Below are positions 41,691 to 54,291 of a stretch of 64,000 nucleotides of DNA, one piece after another. Source of the DNA: Tubiluchus corallicola. Its lineage: Eukaryota; Animalia; Priapulida. The stretch spans positions 372,696 through 436,695 of the forward strand of contig JAQGDQ010000180.1 in the NCBI GenBank assembly GCA_030141605.1, written 5' to 3'. The notes under the pieces were generated by a model. It was not told the origin of the DNA and made no database searches. It saw only the letters and a list, made by a program, of their open reading frames with translations. The position numbers and the translations under genes were made by a program. How positions within the stretch are numbered: position 1 is the stretch's first letter; every line of letters begins with the position of its first letter.

Positions 41691-42150
41691 ATGTCATCAC
41701 TTTACGGAAAAATGACACTTGTTCATATTAATTTTTTTTCGATTATAATTTGCTTGATAGCAGGATCTTACTGTGCTGTGCAAAAGGTTAAATTCGTGCC
41801 TCCTACACAGCAAAATTCTAGTCTTAAAGCCGATACTGATTCTGCCAGATTAGTGAACGCTCTAGTTAAAAAGCCATCAGCCATAGAGTGCGCTATATCT
41901 TGTGCTGAAGATGAAACATGTAGAAGCATTAACATAATCCCAGATTCTGAAGAAACTGTCCAATGTGATCTGCTCAAAGCTAGAGCTATAGACGAGTGCA
42001 CTACATTTGCAAACAATACAGTGAATGGGTCAGTTTATCTGACTATTCCAGAGGTTAGTAAGTGTAATTTCTCCCATCTGCAGTATGTTTTATAGGCCCA
42101 CCGAGTTCATTTACTCGGTTTAATTGTCTATCTGTCTGTCCGTCCATTCT

Positions 42151-42239
<89 letters not shown>

Positions 42240-43466
42240 GTTTCAGTAAATGTATAGCATATACAGGTCACTGATTACAGATCAAATTGTTCAAACAAAA
42301 TACTTTTTTTATAAAAATCAATAAATTTTTTGTAATGATGTATTATTAAAACGAAACTTCATCAGTGTATGCATATTATATCAGGTGGACACAAAAAAGC
42401 AAGCTCTTCTTAAAATGCCATAGAGCTGAGAATTTTTATCCAGTTTGTATATGAATTTAACAGGGTAAACTAAAGCGCATTAGCACTTGCCTGCCAATTT
42501 TTGCTTAGAAAGCCCAGAAAATAAACACTGTTTCTACATTTAATATTGTCATGAAGAACTTAAGAATGAAAACTAGATATTTGTAATTGCACAGACAAAA
42601 CTGATTGTACTAACTTTATAGTTTGCATAAGTATTAATTTTGCTTTATTTGTTTCATTCCTTTATTCATTAATTTTATTTTAGTTTTTCAGATACCTACA
42701 TTTTAAAACCTGTGCTGTTCACCATAAAAGACAAAAACATTATTTCAACAATTATTATTAAACATTTCAGGATTGATAATGGCCAGTGCGCAAAACGTTT
42801 TTCCAGTCGAAAATGGTAAAGATCAGCCTTTGATAAATTGCTAAGAAAAACTGATGTCACTGCCTAGAGTTAATTTTGTAATGAGTAAATGAATAAAATT
42901 AAATTTACGCTATCATTAATAAAATTCATAAAAATTTATTAGTAAAACCACAAAATTAATCGAATATTAATAAAATATTGTGATCCAAATATACAATCAT
43001 ATGAATATGTATTTTTTTCATTTTTAAAGGCTTAATGACAACATCAAACATAGCTTGCTTAATTTTTTCCTTTTTCTAACAAAAATTAGCGGTAAAAGTG
43101 CTAAATTATTTGTAGTTTAAATGTTAAGATCACGTACAAAATTACATAAAAAATCTCAGCTCTGTGATATTCTAAAACATTTTTGTGTTCACCCTGTATA
43201 AAGATGGAACGAAGGGAACTGAACAGTGATGAAGTGAGATATAATGTTATTTAAAGACCAAAATTCTGGTTGAAATGATACTTTTCTCCTTGATAGCCTG
43301 AAATCTTTGGTTATTACCACGGCTATGGCTATACGAATACACCTACTCACGAACGACTATTTGTATTAGGACTATGAAAAAAGCAGATGCAGGGCGAAAG
43401 GATGAGCTAGAGAGGTCAAGCAAACGAGTTGGTGAGTGAGTGGTCTATCCAGGTGACCAAGATGAG

Positions 43467-43511
<45 letters not shown>

Positions 43512-45536
43512 GCGTGTGCGTGTGCGTGTGCGTGCGTGTGAGCGTGTGTGCGTGCGTGTGTATTATACGGTGTACTTCAGAATGCTAAATGTTTTGTTTA
43601 CTAGTACTTATCTGCGTCTTTTTTTACAGTTGGAAAACCAATACCTTGAGTTGGTGAACACGGATAATATAGAAGGTTTGCATAATAGCTTTCACCTTTC
43701 CTTTCACCATAAAGCTGTCATTTTGTCAATTATTTTTTAACATAGATCACCTATCTTACAGTGGTGCGAATAATTACGGTAATGATCGCTAGCCTTCAGT
43801 ATCAAAAAACCTTCAATGAACGTAAATTGGCCGCATAAATGCGTTTAAGTAACAGAATAAAATGCAAAATTTTTGCTAAGCAAAAGAAAACGTCAATAGA
43901 TTATATGAATAAATAAATTGTTTGTAATAGGTAACTAGATACTAGTTGCTCTAGCGTGAGAAACATTCCTTTATCAGATGCTCTCAAATTTGTGTTGCCC
44001 GCTTCCGCATTGGTAACTAGCATTAAACTTTTATCAAATTTTTCTGGCACCAAGCTAGCAGTGTAAAAATATTTAAAATATTTATCATCAGCATCGCATC
44101 ACCATTGGTCTTCATCATCACCATCGGCATTATTGCCATTAATGACAACTCGATTTAAAGAGAATACTGTTAAAATTTTGCTCAATTATAAGTATAACAA
44201 CGTAAATTTCATTTGAACGAGAAAAGCTTATGGCTAACGTGCTGCCATCTATAGAAGCCCATTGTTAATTAAATCACTGTATTTAGTGTGTTTGCAAATA
44301 TTCATGATCATTATCCTCGTCGTCATCATCATTACCATATTGTCGTCATTTTCATCATCATCATTGATTTGTTATGTTACTTTTATAGCTTATAGTACAT
44401 TGTAATATACACACCAAGAATATTGCCATGTTACTTCTTTTTGTACTGCTTCCCTTATTTTCTTAGATGAATGTTTTGAAGTTGACTTTCCCTTCAAAAG
44501 CCCTGTTGATTATTACCAGAAGAACAATGCCTTTCAAGGAGGAGGAAACACAGAACTTTCCTTTTGTGGTTGGGTCAAGGTCATGTCTTTGTCGGCAAGT
44601 GCAGGCCATGTTCTAGGTCTCTGGTCTTACCACATCGATCATGCAGGAGTCTGGATATCTCAAACAGTGAATACGCAAATCTCGTTCTGGAAAGATGATG
44701 TGTATATGTTCAGATATATAGATATAAACCTTATTACCAAGATTCTTAAGTTTGTACATTTGGTAAAATTCTTAATTTTTTAATTCGCAATTTTGCAAAT
44801 AACTAGGAAAAATGAACTTTTTTTGTAACTTAGTGAATGCGTGGCAGAAAGAACTTTTATTATGCTTCCACTGCAACAGCACTTTAATATAGAGTAGGGC
44901 TATAAATCAACAGGCATGGCAGCAACAACAACAATAATAACAATAACAAATAATGACAAAATTACTATTCCATACCTTAATGACAATTTGCGGTAGCAAT
45001 ACGGTAGCAATGGCAGCAGCAGTAGCAACAACAGTGACATTGATATCAACAGCAGTTTACTAGTAATGGTGATGTTGACAACAATGTAAAACAAGCTAAA
45101 CAACAGCAGTGGTGGTAACTATGATATTTGCTTTTTTAGCTTTGTGCAAGGTTATTATGATGCACTTCATGATGACAAGTGGCACTTCATCTGTACTACT
45201 TGGAGAAATTCCGATGGACGGGGACAAATATACGTAGATGGAGTCTTAGTTGGCACTGGAGCCGTTTTTGCTGGGACATACATTGAAAAGGGCAAACCGC
45301 TTGTCTTAGGCCAAGAAATGGACGCGGGTGGATATGAATCACATCAGTCTTTCAAGGGAAAAATTGCTGGTTGGAATTTTTATGATCGCGCGCTGGCGGC
45401 AGAAGAAATCAAACACTTGTTTCAATACTGTTACCATAGCGGTGGAAACCTGTGGAAGTGGGGTGATATCAAGAATGGAGGTTTGCATGGTAGTGCTCAT
45501 CTCAGCAATGATACACCTTCTTGTTTCGGTTTTTAA
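41691..45536 (+). CDS. Secreted PAN/apple-domain + pentraxin-domain protein
   Basis: Exon 41691-42053 (alternative donor after 42057): hydrophobic signal, then SAIECAISCAEDETCRSIN...QCDL (PAN Cys pattern). Probable linker exon 43630-43675 (uncertain). Exon 44467-44701: FP...DYY...LSFCGWVK. Exon 45140-45536: KWHFICTTWRNSDG (pentraxin HxCxTW signature), LVLGQEMD, QSFKGKIAGWNFYDRAL. AATAAA at 45600. Confidence 0.82.
42152..42238. repeat. (TCTG)n microsatellite
   Basis: Visible tetranucleotide run. Confidence 0.97.
42381..43196. mobile_element. Tc1/mariner-like MITE in a pentraxin intron
   Basis: TA-flanked CAGGTGGACACAAAAA ... TTTTTGTGTTCACCCTG, with inner inverted AGAGCTGAGA / TCTCAGCTCT. Confidence 0.65.
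43470..43560. repeat. (TG)n/(TGCGTG)n microsatellite
   Basis: Visible run. Confidence 0.95.
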
Positions 45537-48408
45537 GCGGCAAGCTGTTGAGGAGAAAGAAAAGCTTTTCGATTAACGCAACCTGATGTTTTTCCCCAGA
45601 ATAAATAACCGTTAGCAAGCCAATGCGGAATTAGAAGTTTTTGTTTTGGGACATTCCGTCAGCTACACAACCTAACTCACTCAAGAATTATCGCATTCTG
45701 TTGTGTTCAGATTTTCGAAACTAACGATATTAATCAGTTTTCAAATTTTTCATGTTTATCTTATGCTGACGGGCATGTATAAACCTGAGGCGCATTTTGT
45801 AGCTTGGGCTAGAGTTTTTGTAAAACTCGTCTTGTATCTTACTTAGTCAGGCAGGGTAATAGATGCATTTATGTGAACTAAGATTAGGGTTTGTGGTTAT
45901 CACAACTCTTGACGACTAAAGATAAATGTATTGGTTCTTCTATTCTATAAATTGCTGGACTTTTATCTTTATTATGATATACTATGATAATCTAGTAAGA
46001 GGTTGTAATTGTGATTTCCTACTGGAAGAAAATATGGTTAACAATTGTGAATTTAAATTGGAAGTAATTGCTAGAGTATGAATTAATACTTGCATTTGCA
46101 AAAGATTTGGATTATGTTTACTTCTTACAAATTTCTAAGTTGGACCCTGTTTAAATGGAAACAAATACGTTTAACTGAGCATTTCTCTCGATGTTTATTT
46201 TGGTTGTAATAAAGTGTGAACTCACCTTTGGAATATTGAAATTTAGATCTAGCTAAAGTGTACGGAAATAAGTTGTAACTTTTGGTTATCCTTGTTAAAA
46301 GAATTTATTGGAAAATAAAGTTGAAGTAAAATCTGTGAAAGGTTAAAAGCTTTAAAGATTAAGAGAAATCAAAATTGTGACATTGTATGTAAGACAGTTT
46401 TTCAACTGATTAGCTGAGTCATGTCTACTCTCTGTTTCCATGTATAAACAGCATTCAAAACAGTAGTTCAAATTATAACATCTACTTGTATATCATATAT
46501 AGTAATTAGTTTCGTACTTAAGCTATACCATCTGCTTGTGCAAAATACTACTGGGTGTAATTTGAATAATTATTTTGTTTAAACAGAAATTCTTGTTTCT
46601 ACTTTCATTTTTAGCATTTATTTGACTAAAATGGCCGCAACATTAAATTGGTAAAGAACAGGGGTATAAAACAAATAAAAACACAACGCAATCGAGAATT
46701 AACAGCAAAGTGGTCAAGTATAAAAAGATTAGTAATAATTTTTTAAACTTCTACTCATATAAGGGACAGTCAATCATATTCATAGAAAGAACTAATCCGT
46801 GTTCTGATTTTTAGCAATAGGTGGACCTGATTTTTAACAACCAGTCAACCATCCAACCCAAATACAATCACGGTTTGTTGAGATCGACACTACAATTGCG
46901 CTCTAGTGGTAAAGTGTGTGTATACGTGTAATATACAAGCATAGCGTAGGATTGATCCATGACTTTACAACTTCACATGCGTGTTAGAGTTGCTGTCAGT
47001 GATTAGTACATGTATTAAATCTCCAAGTAAATGTTTTCGTAGTTAGAAAAGTTTTCGAACTCGAACATTCGGTGCTCATCCCTAACGAATGATTAAAACA
47101 TCATGATGCAATTACTTATTTACAACAATTGTACAATGTTAGACGACATGTTGAAATACAATAATAAATGTTTTAGACGTCATATTGAGTTACAGTCATA
47201 AATGTTAGCATTTGTAGAAATTTGCAATCATTTTATTATAAAACGTATACAATGTTCACAAATCATAAAATTGAACAAACAGTCATAAAGTTAGCAATAT
47301 GATATTTTACAGTAGAAATTTCGCGTCCTTTCTCAATGCTGTCTCTAGATCAACTGAAACTTGCATGACTGAGAGAGTAAAGCTGTAATCACATGACCAG
47401 ACATACAAGTTCCTATTGGAAGGTACAACATATTCATGCATACAGACCATAAATGGAAAGGTCACCTATACTCTACAGACTACTAGTTAAACCAAAACAT
47501 CAAAGTCTACTTGGCTTCTTTGATAGTAGAATGAAGATTATTGCTTTACAGAAAGCTTTGTTATAATGTTATAATTTTTCTCTATTTAAACTTGAATAAG
47601 AGAGTTAGAACCAGAATTAAAGCATGAAATTAACAATCTAATTACTCTGATTAGTGAATATCTATTAAAGCAAAAGGAAATAATATTTAGAAACAAAAAT
47701 TAATCTCTGACAAACATTGTGCAATTAGAGTAAAACAACGACTGTAGATGGCAGCATAGACCAATTCAGTACTTAGTGTAGTAGACAGACAATTAAATGG
47801 GTCACATAATACTACAATCGCGTACTCGGTACAATGTGCGATACTGCGCCAACAGAGAAAAAAAAAGAAAATGGAAAACTATCATTGGCTATTTAAACAA
47901 TTAAATCTGTGACAAAATGACTATTCGGCTTACTAAGCTACAGAGCAGACACAAAATGTCATGTCATGTATCACAAAGCCACATCAATACAAACAATACA
48001 ACATAAGAGAAAAAATTACTATTATGCATTATCAAAATCAGACTTTGTTAATTGGCACTGCAAAACCGACATTACATTTACATGTCTAATAATCAATGTA
48101 ATCAGCAACTAGTAATCAAGTAATCAATTTTAAAACACAAAAAAACAATGCAAAAAATTAATAAAAACTGAGAGAGGGACTAACAGTGCCATGGGCTACT
48201 GCAAGTGCCATTTCCTAACAGCCATGTAGTTCAATTATCCCTTCAAAATCAATAAAAATTTAACAGTAATACTCATACACAAGTCATAGATATAACAGTA
48301 ATACTAATATGCAACTCACAAAAACTTTATGGGTTGTATTGTTCTAGACGCTGATGTACAACGAGAAAGGTGTGAATGTAATCATACAGCGTGAGGTAAG
48401 ATAATTAC

Positions 48409-49922
48409 TTAAACCTTATCATTATCAATCAGACCTTTGATAATTTTTCTTGCTTTGGCAGCTGATTCTCGTTTAGGTAACATACGTTTGACGAGCATTG
48501 GAGACTTGCAAGCAAGAGGTTGGTCAGATGCTGCCTGAGTGATTGGATACAAATGATGTACGGGTCTTTGCAATGAGTTTCCATTAGCCAGTACCACTTC
48601 AGCACCTCGTACTTCCCCATCACAACTGCCTAACAACCGAGAAATTCGGCCTAATTTCCATCTCCCTCTGGGGTGATTTTCTTCCTTAATTAGAACAACG
48701 TCATTAATTTTTGGAATTTGTTTGAGTGCACCCTTTTTAGTTACCAGCACTGACTAGGTTCTTGCACGCAAGTCTCCAAGGTATTCAGTTTGCCACCGTT
48801 TCCAAAATTGTTTAACTTGTTTCTGACCATTTTTCCAATTCTCAATTAATGTTTTTATTGTTGGTTGGAAATCTGGTTCATTGCACACATTTCTTTCAAG
48901 GTCTTGGATGCCAGGTGGACAATGCTTCTAACGTGGATGAGTCAACATAACAGAGTGGTCTGGATTTGATGGTGTACTGGATCTCTTCTAGTACAGTCAC
49001 CAGGAAGGGGTTTGCACAATGTTGTTTTTCTGAGAGTGCGTTTTACCAGACCGACAAGTCTTTCATAATGACCCCCTTGGTGTGATGCTTTGAGGATAAT
49101 GAAAGACCATGAAAAACCAGATTAAGTAGCAAATTCTTGACACATCTTGCTATGCAATACAGAATTAAAATGAACATCCATGGTATTTCGAACTAGCTTA
49201 AAGGTGGGCGCATTGTCTGAATTTTTTTAGGACAGCCATAGCGAGCTATGAACCTTCTCAAGACTAGTATTACAGATTCTGCTGTCTTGTCAGTAACTAA
49301 AGCTAAATGAACTGTCCTAGTTGTCAAGCAGTCGAACAACATTATTCAAGATTTTTTGTCAAGTTCTTAGAGGTACCACTCTTATACAAAATAGGCCCCA
49401 TATAATCTACTCCCACTTAAGAGTAGGGACAAGAGGGTACCATGCACTCATCGGGTGACTGTTTAAATGGAGGTGAGCAATAAGGACCACCTTCATATCT
49501 TCTATATGTTAAACATTTTCTTAGGATAGCTCTTATGATATTGCGCCCATTCGGCAGCCAGTAGTTGATGCGGAAAATTGCCAAAACCTGTGATACACCA
49601 ACGTGGCAATAAACTTTGTGTAAATGTTGCACAATTAGTTCTACAAGTTTACAGTTTGGTAGTAATAGTGGTTGTGATGTTAATAAACTGTGCTTATTCT
49701 GAAATCTTGTTTTGCAAGCAATTAGACCACCATCATTCACAAAGAAGGTGACATTAGAAGACGCCCTTTGCACTTCAACCAAGACAACTAGCAAATATAA
49801 AAATGTCGGGTCCTAATTTTGTTTTCTCAGCACCCAATACTCTGAAGTAATGATGATTTCCAATTAAGAGTTCAATTTGCTCTTTCAGGTCATCATCAGA
49901 AGAATGGGTAACTGGTAGGACA
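48409..49922 (-). mobile_element. Decayed BEL/Pao LTR retrotransposon: protease stub fused to integrase; RT/RNase H deleted; 5' part missing
   Basis: IELLIGNHHYFRVL (Pao protease region); HKVYCHVGVSQVL...YWL (integrase Zn finger); VGVDYMGP, CLTTRTVHL, RRFIARYGCP, GGHYERLVGLVK (core); FWKRWQTEYL; DVVLIKEENHPRGRWKLGRI...DGEVR..RPVHHLYPI (C-terminal domain). Contains stops and frameshifts. Confidence 0.92.
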
Positions 49923-51070
49923 CTTGTATAAATTCTTGTTTTTGTACGAATATTAGGAAAGCTTATTGTATTTGTCATTGTTAAATATTATTAATACGGT
50001 TGTTGTGTTAATGTGACGGATTGCTCTCGCCTTTTCATTGCAAAAACGTTAATTGTAGTTCTCTTTTTGGTTATAGACATTTCCTATGTATGTATTTAGC
50101 TAAGGGAATATTTGCTATATAAAAGCTAAGCATAATTGTTGGGTAAGAACTAATAGTAAATTTTTATCGGAAAAGTCGAATTTTTACAAAGCAGTATTAA
50201 GTATAATATTATTATATTGTATGCAATGAGTAACAGAGTTACACTGAATTATTCACTGCAAAGTCAATTTATACAGGCAAAATTAACTTTCGCTACTCTG
50301 TTCCAGTAATCTTTAATATTGAAAACTTTGTCCAAGTGTTCATCGCAAAGCTGCATGTGCAATAAAATAGATATACGGTAATAAAACGTATTTATGACCA
50401 GCAGTTAACTTGTACGATTTTATGAGTTAATTTCGTCCAACTTTAATTTGTTACTTAAATCAATTAATTACAAAATTACATGCTTTCAGTTTCATCAGTT
50501 TGACACAAAAATGCAAATGAACGTGCTAAAAACTGTTAAATATTCAACGATTGAGACACTCGTCTTCAACATTAGTCTTAGCGCCATCTATAGTGCGCTA
50601 TCGCAAAGTAAACACATCTCAGAGTGATATTTACATGTCTAACGCCACCTGTCCTCACACATTAAATACAATACAGGAAAAATGTTCACAAGTCCAGTGC
50701 CTAGCGCCACCTATCTCACACATTAAACACAATACAGGAAAAATGTTCACGACACCAGTGCGTAGCGCCACCTGTCCTCACACATTAAACACAATACAGG
50801 AAAAATGTTCACAACTCCAGTGCCTAGCGCCACCTATCTCACACATTAAATACAATACAAGAAAAATCTTCACAACACCAGTGCCTAGCGCCACCTGTCT
50901 TCACACATTAAACACAACTCAGAAATAAGTTTATAATATTGGGATCTAACACCACCTGTGCGCGCAGACTTCCTATCTCTTACAAATTTCTTTTTCTGGA
51001 TCGAGCCGATTCTTCATGTAGCACTCTCTTTTCCCTGTCAATCCATTATTTTCTTCATTCATTCTTGCTG

Positions 51071-51102
<32 letters not shown>

Positions 51103-51188
51103 TCTCTCTTTTCTCTCTCTTTCTCTCTCTTTCTCTCTCTCTTTCTCTCTCTCTCTCCTCTCTCGGTCTCTCTCCCCTCTCTCGTTGC

Positions 51189-51281
<93 letters not shown>

Positions 51282-51345
51282 CTCTCTTCCCCTCTCTCGT
51301 TGCCTTCCCCCTCTCTCTCTCTCTCCTCTCTCCGTCTCTCTCCCC

Positions 51346-51406
<61 letters not shown>
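49923..51406 (+). repeat. Second copy of the Vg 3' UTR and flank, including both AATAAA, the 61-bp minisatellite and the (CT)n tract
   Basis: Colinear with 37394-38632; has ~220 bp extra (50453-50670). Confidence 0.92.
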
Positions 51407-52365
51407 CGTAATTTTTGCTCCAGACTATGCGTCGATATCGAATAAAAATGACAGCAACTCAACAAACGCATATATACTCACAAACAGTAAGCAAATATGT
51501 TGGCGTCGATGTCTCTGTTCACATTCCAGTTCACCAAGTATGGCGGCCTCACTCGGTCAATAACACCAACATAATAGTTGAAATTTTAAATTTTTTATAA
51601 ATGATTATAAGTGCAGTCACGTAACTGTGCATTGTTATGCCAGACGACGCGTTTTTATGCTGTTAGAAATTATCTAGGTCATTCTGTGTTTATATCAGAA
51701 CCAATCCAAATCGAATCACAACACTGCTTACTAGTTCTTAGATAAAACATTCCTTTACTTAACATTTATTGCACATTCCCTTCGGCAGAAAAAGCAATAA
51801 TTTTGTCGTCGGCTAAGCCCCCAGTATGGACTTGAGCAGAATAAATATCATCTCCAGTTCCTTTCGGAGAAAACAGCCGAGTGGTCACGGTGTGTATTTA
51901 ATGAATGAAAGTTAAGCAGCACTGATAGATCAGTTGGTTAGTAAATAAATCGATGACCGTTAAGAAAATTTCTTCTGATTGATGTGGTTTTATGTAGCGT
52001 ACGACGGTTCAGGAAGTTACACACGGATCAATATCTGGATGAAGCACGTCTGCTGGTTCAGTGTCTCATCTTAATAGCCTGATTCCTATTATGTCAAAAT
52101 TTGCATTGAGTAGTCCCTGCTGTTGAATCAGATGAATTTTTGCCTTACGGAGCGTCTAATTGTATAAAAAGCTTAGTAACACTTCGTGGAATATTCGTAC
52201 ATTATTGATTATCGGTGGGTTCTCCAGTGTGGTGCACGTTTTGCTGAGATGCTGAGTCCAAAAGTGATTCTTATGCTTCAGAAAGTTTTTTCGTTTTTTA
52301 AAGTATCATTCCTTTTAATTGACGTCATCACAAGTATCGGTATCTCATCAGTACTTGTCACTCGT

Positions 52366-52632
52366 GAGAAAGGGAGAAAGAGTTAGGGAAAGAGAGAGAG
52401 AGAGACAAAGGGAGAGAGAGAAAGAAAGAGAGAGAGAGAGAGGGAGAGAGAGACAAAGGAAGAGAGAGAGACAGAAAAAGAGAGAGAGAAAGGAGAGAGA
52501 AAAACAAAGAGAGAGAGAGAGACAAAGGGAGAGAGAGAGAGAGAGAGAGAGAAAGAAAGAGAGAGAGAGAGGGAGAGAGAGACAAAGGAAGAGAGAGAGA
52601 CAGAAAAAGAGAGAGAGAAAGGAGAGAGAAAA

Positions 52633-52723
<91 letters not shown>

Positions 52724-52798
52724 AAAAGAGATAGAAAACGAGAGGGAGACAGAAAGAGAGAGGGAGAGAGACAGAAAGAGAGAGAGAGGGAAAGAGAA

Positions 52799-52870
<72 letters not shown>
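52366..52870. repeat. Compound (GA)n microsatellite
   Basis: Visible GA runs with a duplicated higher-order block. Confidence 0.97.
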
Positions 52871-52875
<5 letters not shown>

Positions 52876-53271
52876 GACATTATTAGAACGCCTCCCCCAT
52901 TGTTTAATTTGCTTCCTTGTACAAACATAAATAGCAATAAAAAATTTTGATTTTCTGTTAAAGCCTTATTCACATGTCAATGTCTTTCTCCTAGCTTGAG
53001 TGGTATTTCTGCTTTCTTGTGTTAGATAAAACTGGTGAATGTAAACTAACTGGGTGGAAACTGACTTCTATGATTAAAAAAAGCCACTTTCTCTCAACCC
53101 TAGAGTGGCTGTTTTTGTGGCTTCGTTAATCATGATCATTAAAAAAGAACATTTTCACATTTTACAGATTCCTCAAGGATAAACTGTAACTGCCATATGT
53201 TGTGTTAAGATGTTCAAACTTTCTTAGAGTCTGTCGGACTACCGTTAATATGTTATGCATGACTTCTCTAA

Positions 53272-53886
53272 GAGTAAAACCGGACTCAATCTTAAACTGT
53301 AGGTCAAAACAATCTACTCTTTAAAACATTAAAAGGAAACATACTATTTTTCAAAAATCACTTACATGAAAGAATTATTAACACACAAACACAATTTCAC
53401 ATTCGCGCCACCAGTTCTTCGCTGTTACATGCATTTCGCCTTCGCTAGTTAGGCGGGCACTAGCACTTGCATTTCGGAAACGCATTGCACAAAAATAGGT
53501 GTTGTACCTCTCATTTGAGATGTGTTAGTTTGTGACGAACTACACACGTTCGAGAGCTCATGCGTGAGCACAGCTGTAAATTTGAAATTTGAATTTTTAT
53601 GTTGAAACTTGCCTAGTTTTAGTACAACACACAGAATCTCTTACAGCAGCACTGTACTTCAATTTTCGCTTTCGTAAACACGTGCAACACGCTCATGGAA
53701 TATTTTTGCTATTGAAAACTATGTTAGTTTGTGATGTCATCAATAATTGGGCTCGCCCGCCGTTAATTAAGTTTTTAATCTATAATTTAATTCAGAAACG
53801 CTTTTGCAGTATTGATTGTGTTAAAATGTATACTTTTTATCCGACTTGATGATGGGGTAGTCTGTGAAAAATCATCCTGTCTTCCC
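53272..53886. mobile_element. Kolobok-like MITE, family A copy 3
   Basis: Colinear with 3321-3951; ends CCTGTCTTCCC|TTAA. Confidence 0.85.
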
Positions 53887-54008
53887 TTAACTTGAGCTGG
53901 TCTTTGGTTGTTCATTTTAATGGAATCTAGGAAGGTACCGCGTTTACAAAATGGTGCAAAATGTTCAGAAAAGTCTTTACAGTTTTTTCGTAAAAAAATC
54001 ATTAAACA

Positions 54009-54014
54009 TTTATT
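54009..54014 (-). terminator. Polyadenylation signal of the Gly-rich gene
   Basis: AATAAA on the minus strand about 280 nt after the stop. Confidence 0.6.
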
Positions 54015-54291
54015 ATTCGTGTTAGTACATGTACAAGAGTAACTATAATATTGGCCTCACGTTGTCACAATTTCTTAACAGTTGCAGGTACAAGATCTTC
54101 TGGTACTTCACTAGCGCCATCCAGTGTCTCCATATCGCAGTATTTCTCTTTGGTTGGCATGTTAATCTTTGGTCGTTCTGTGATGTCAAGATTTTTGCAC
54201 ATTAACGTTTAATTACAGTTCATTGTTAATGTTTATCAACGAGCTGGTGTCCATGAGGTCCGGTTTGGCAACATTCAAGATGTCCTTAAAA

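Noticed and set aside
42771-42815. 45-nt candidate pentraxin exon (LIMASAQNVFPVEN)
   Set aside because: Has AG/GT ends but lies inside a Tc1-like MITE and is not needed for phase; cannot be supported without RNA data.
46800-48400. 3' LTR of the Pao element
   Set aside because: No second LTR to compare with and no clear PPT / TG...CA boundary.
51430-52340. Possible decayed coding sequence (also 58740-59030)
   Set aside because: Interrupted frames with no family motif that I could recognise.
38138-52973. ER-repeat and LS-repeat ORFs (also at 4338-4610 and 5792-6287)
   Set aside because: Artefacts of (GA)n/(CT)n microsatellites.
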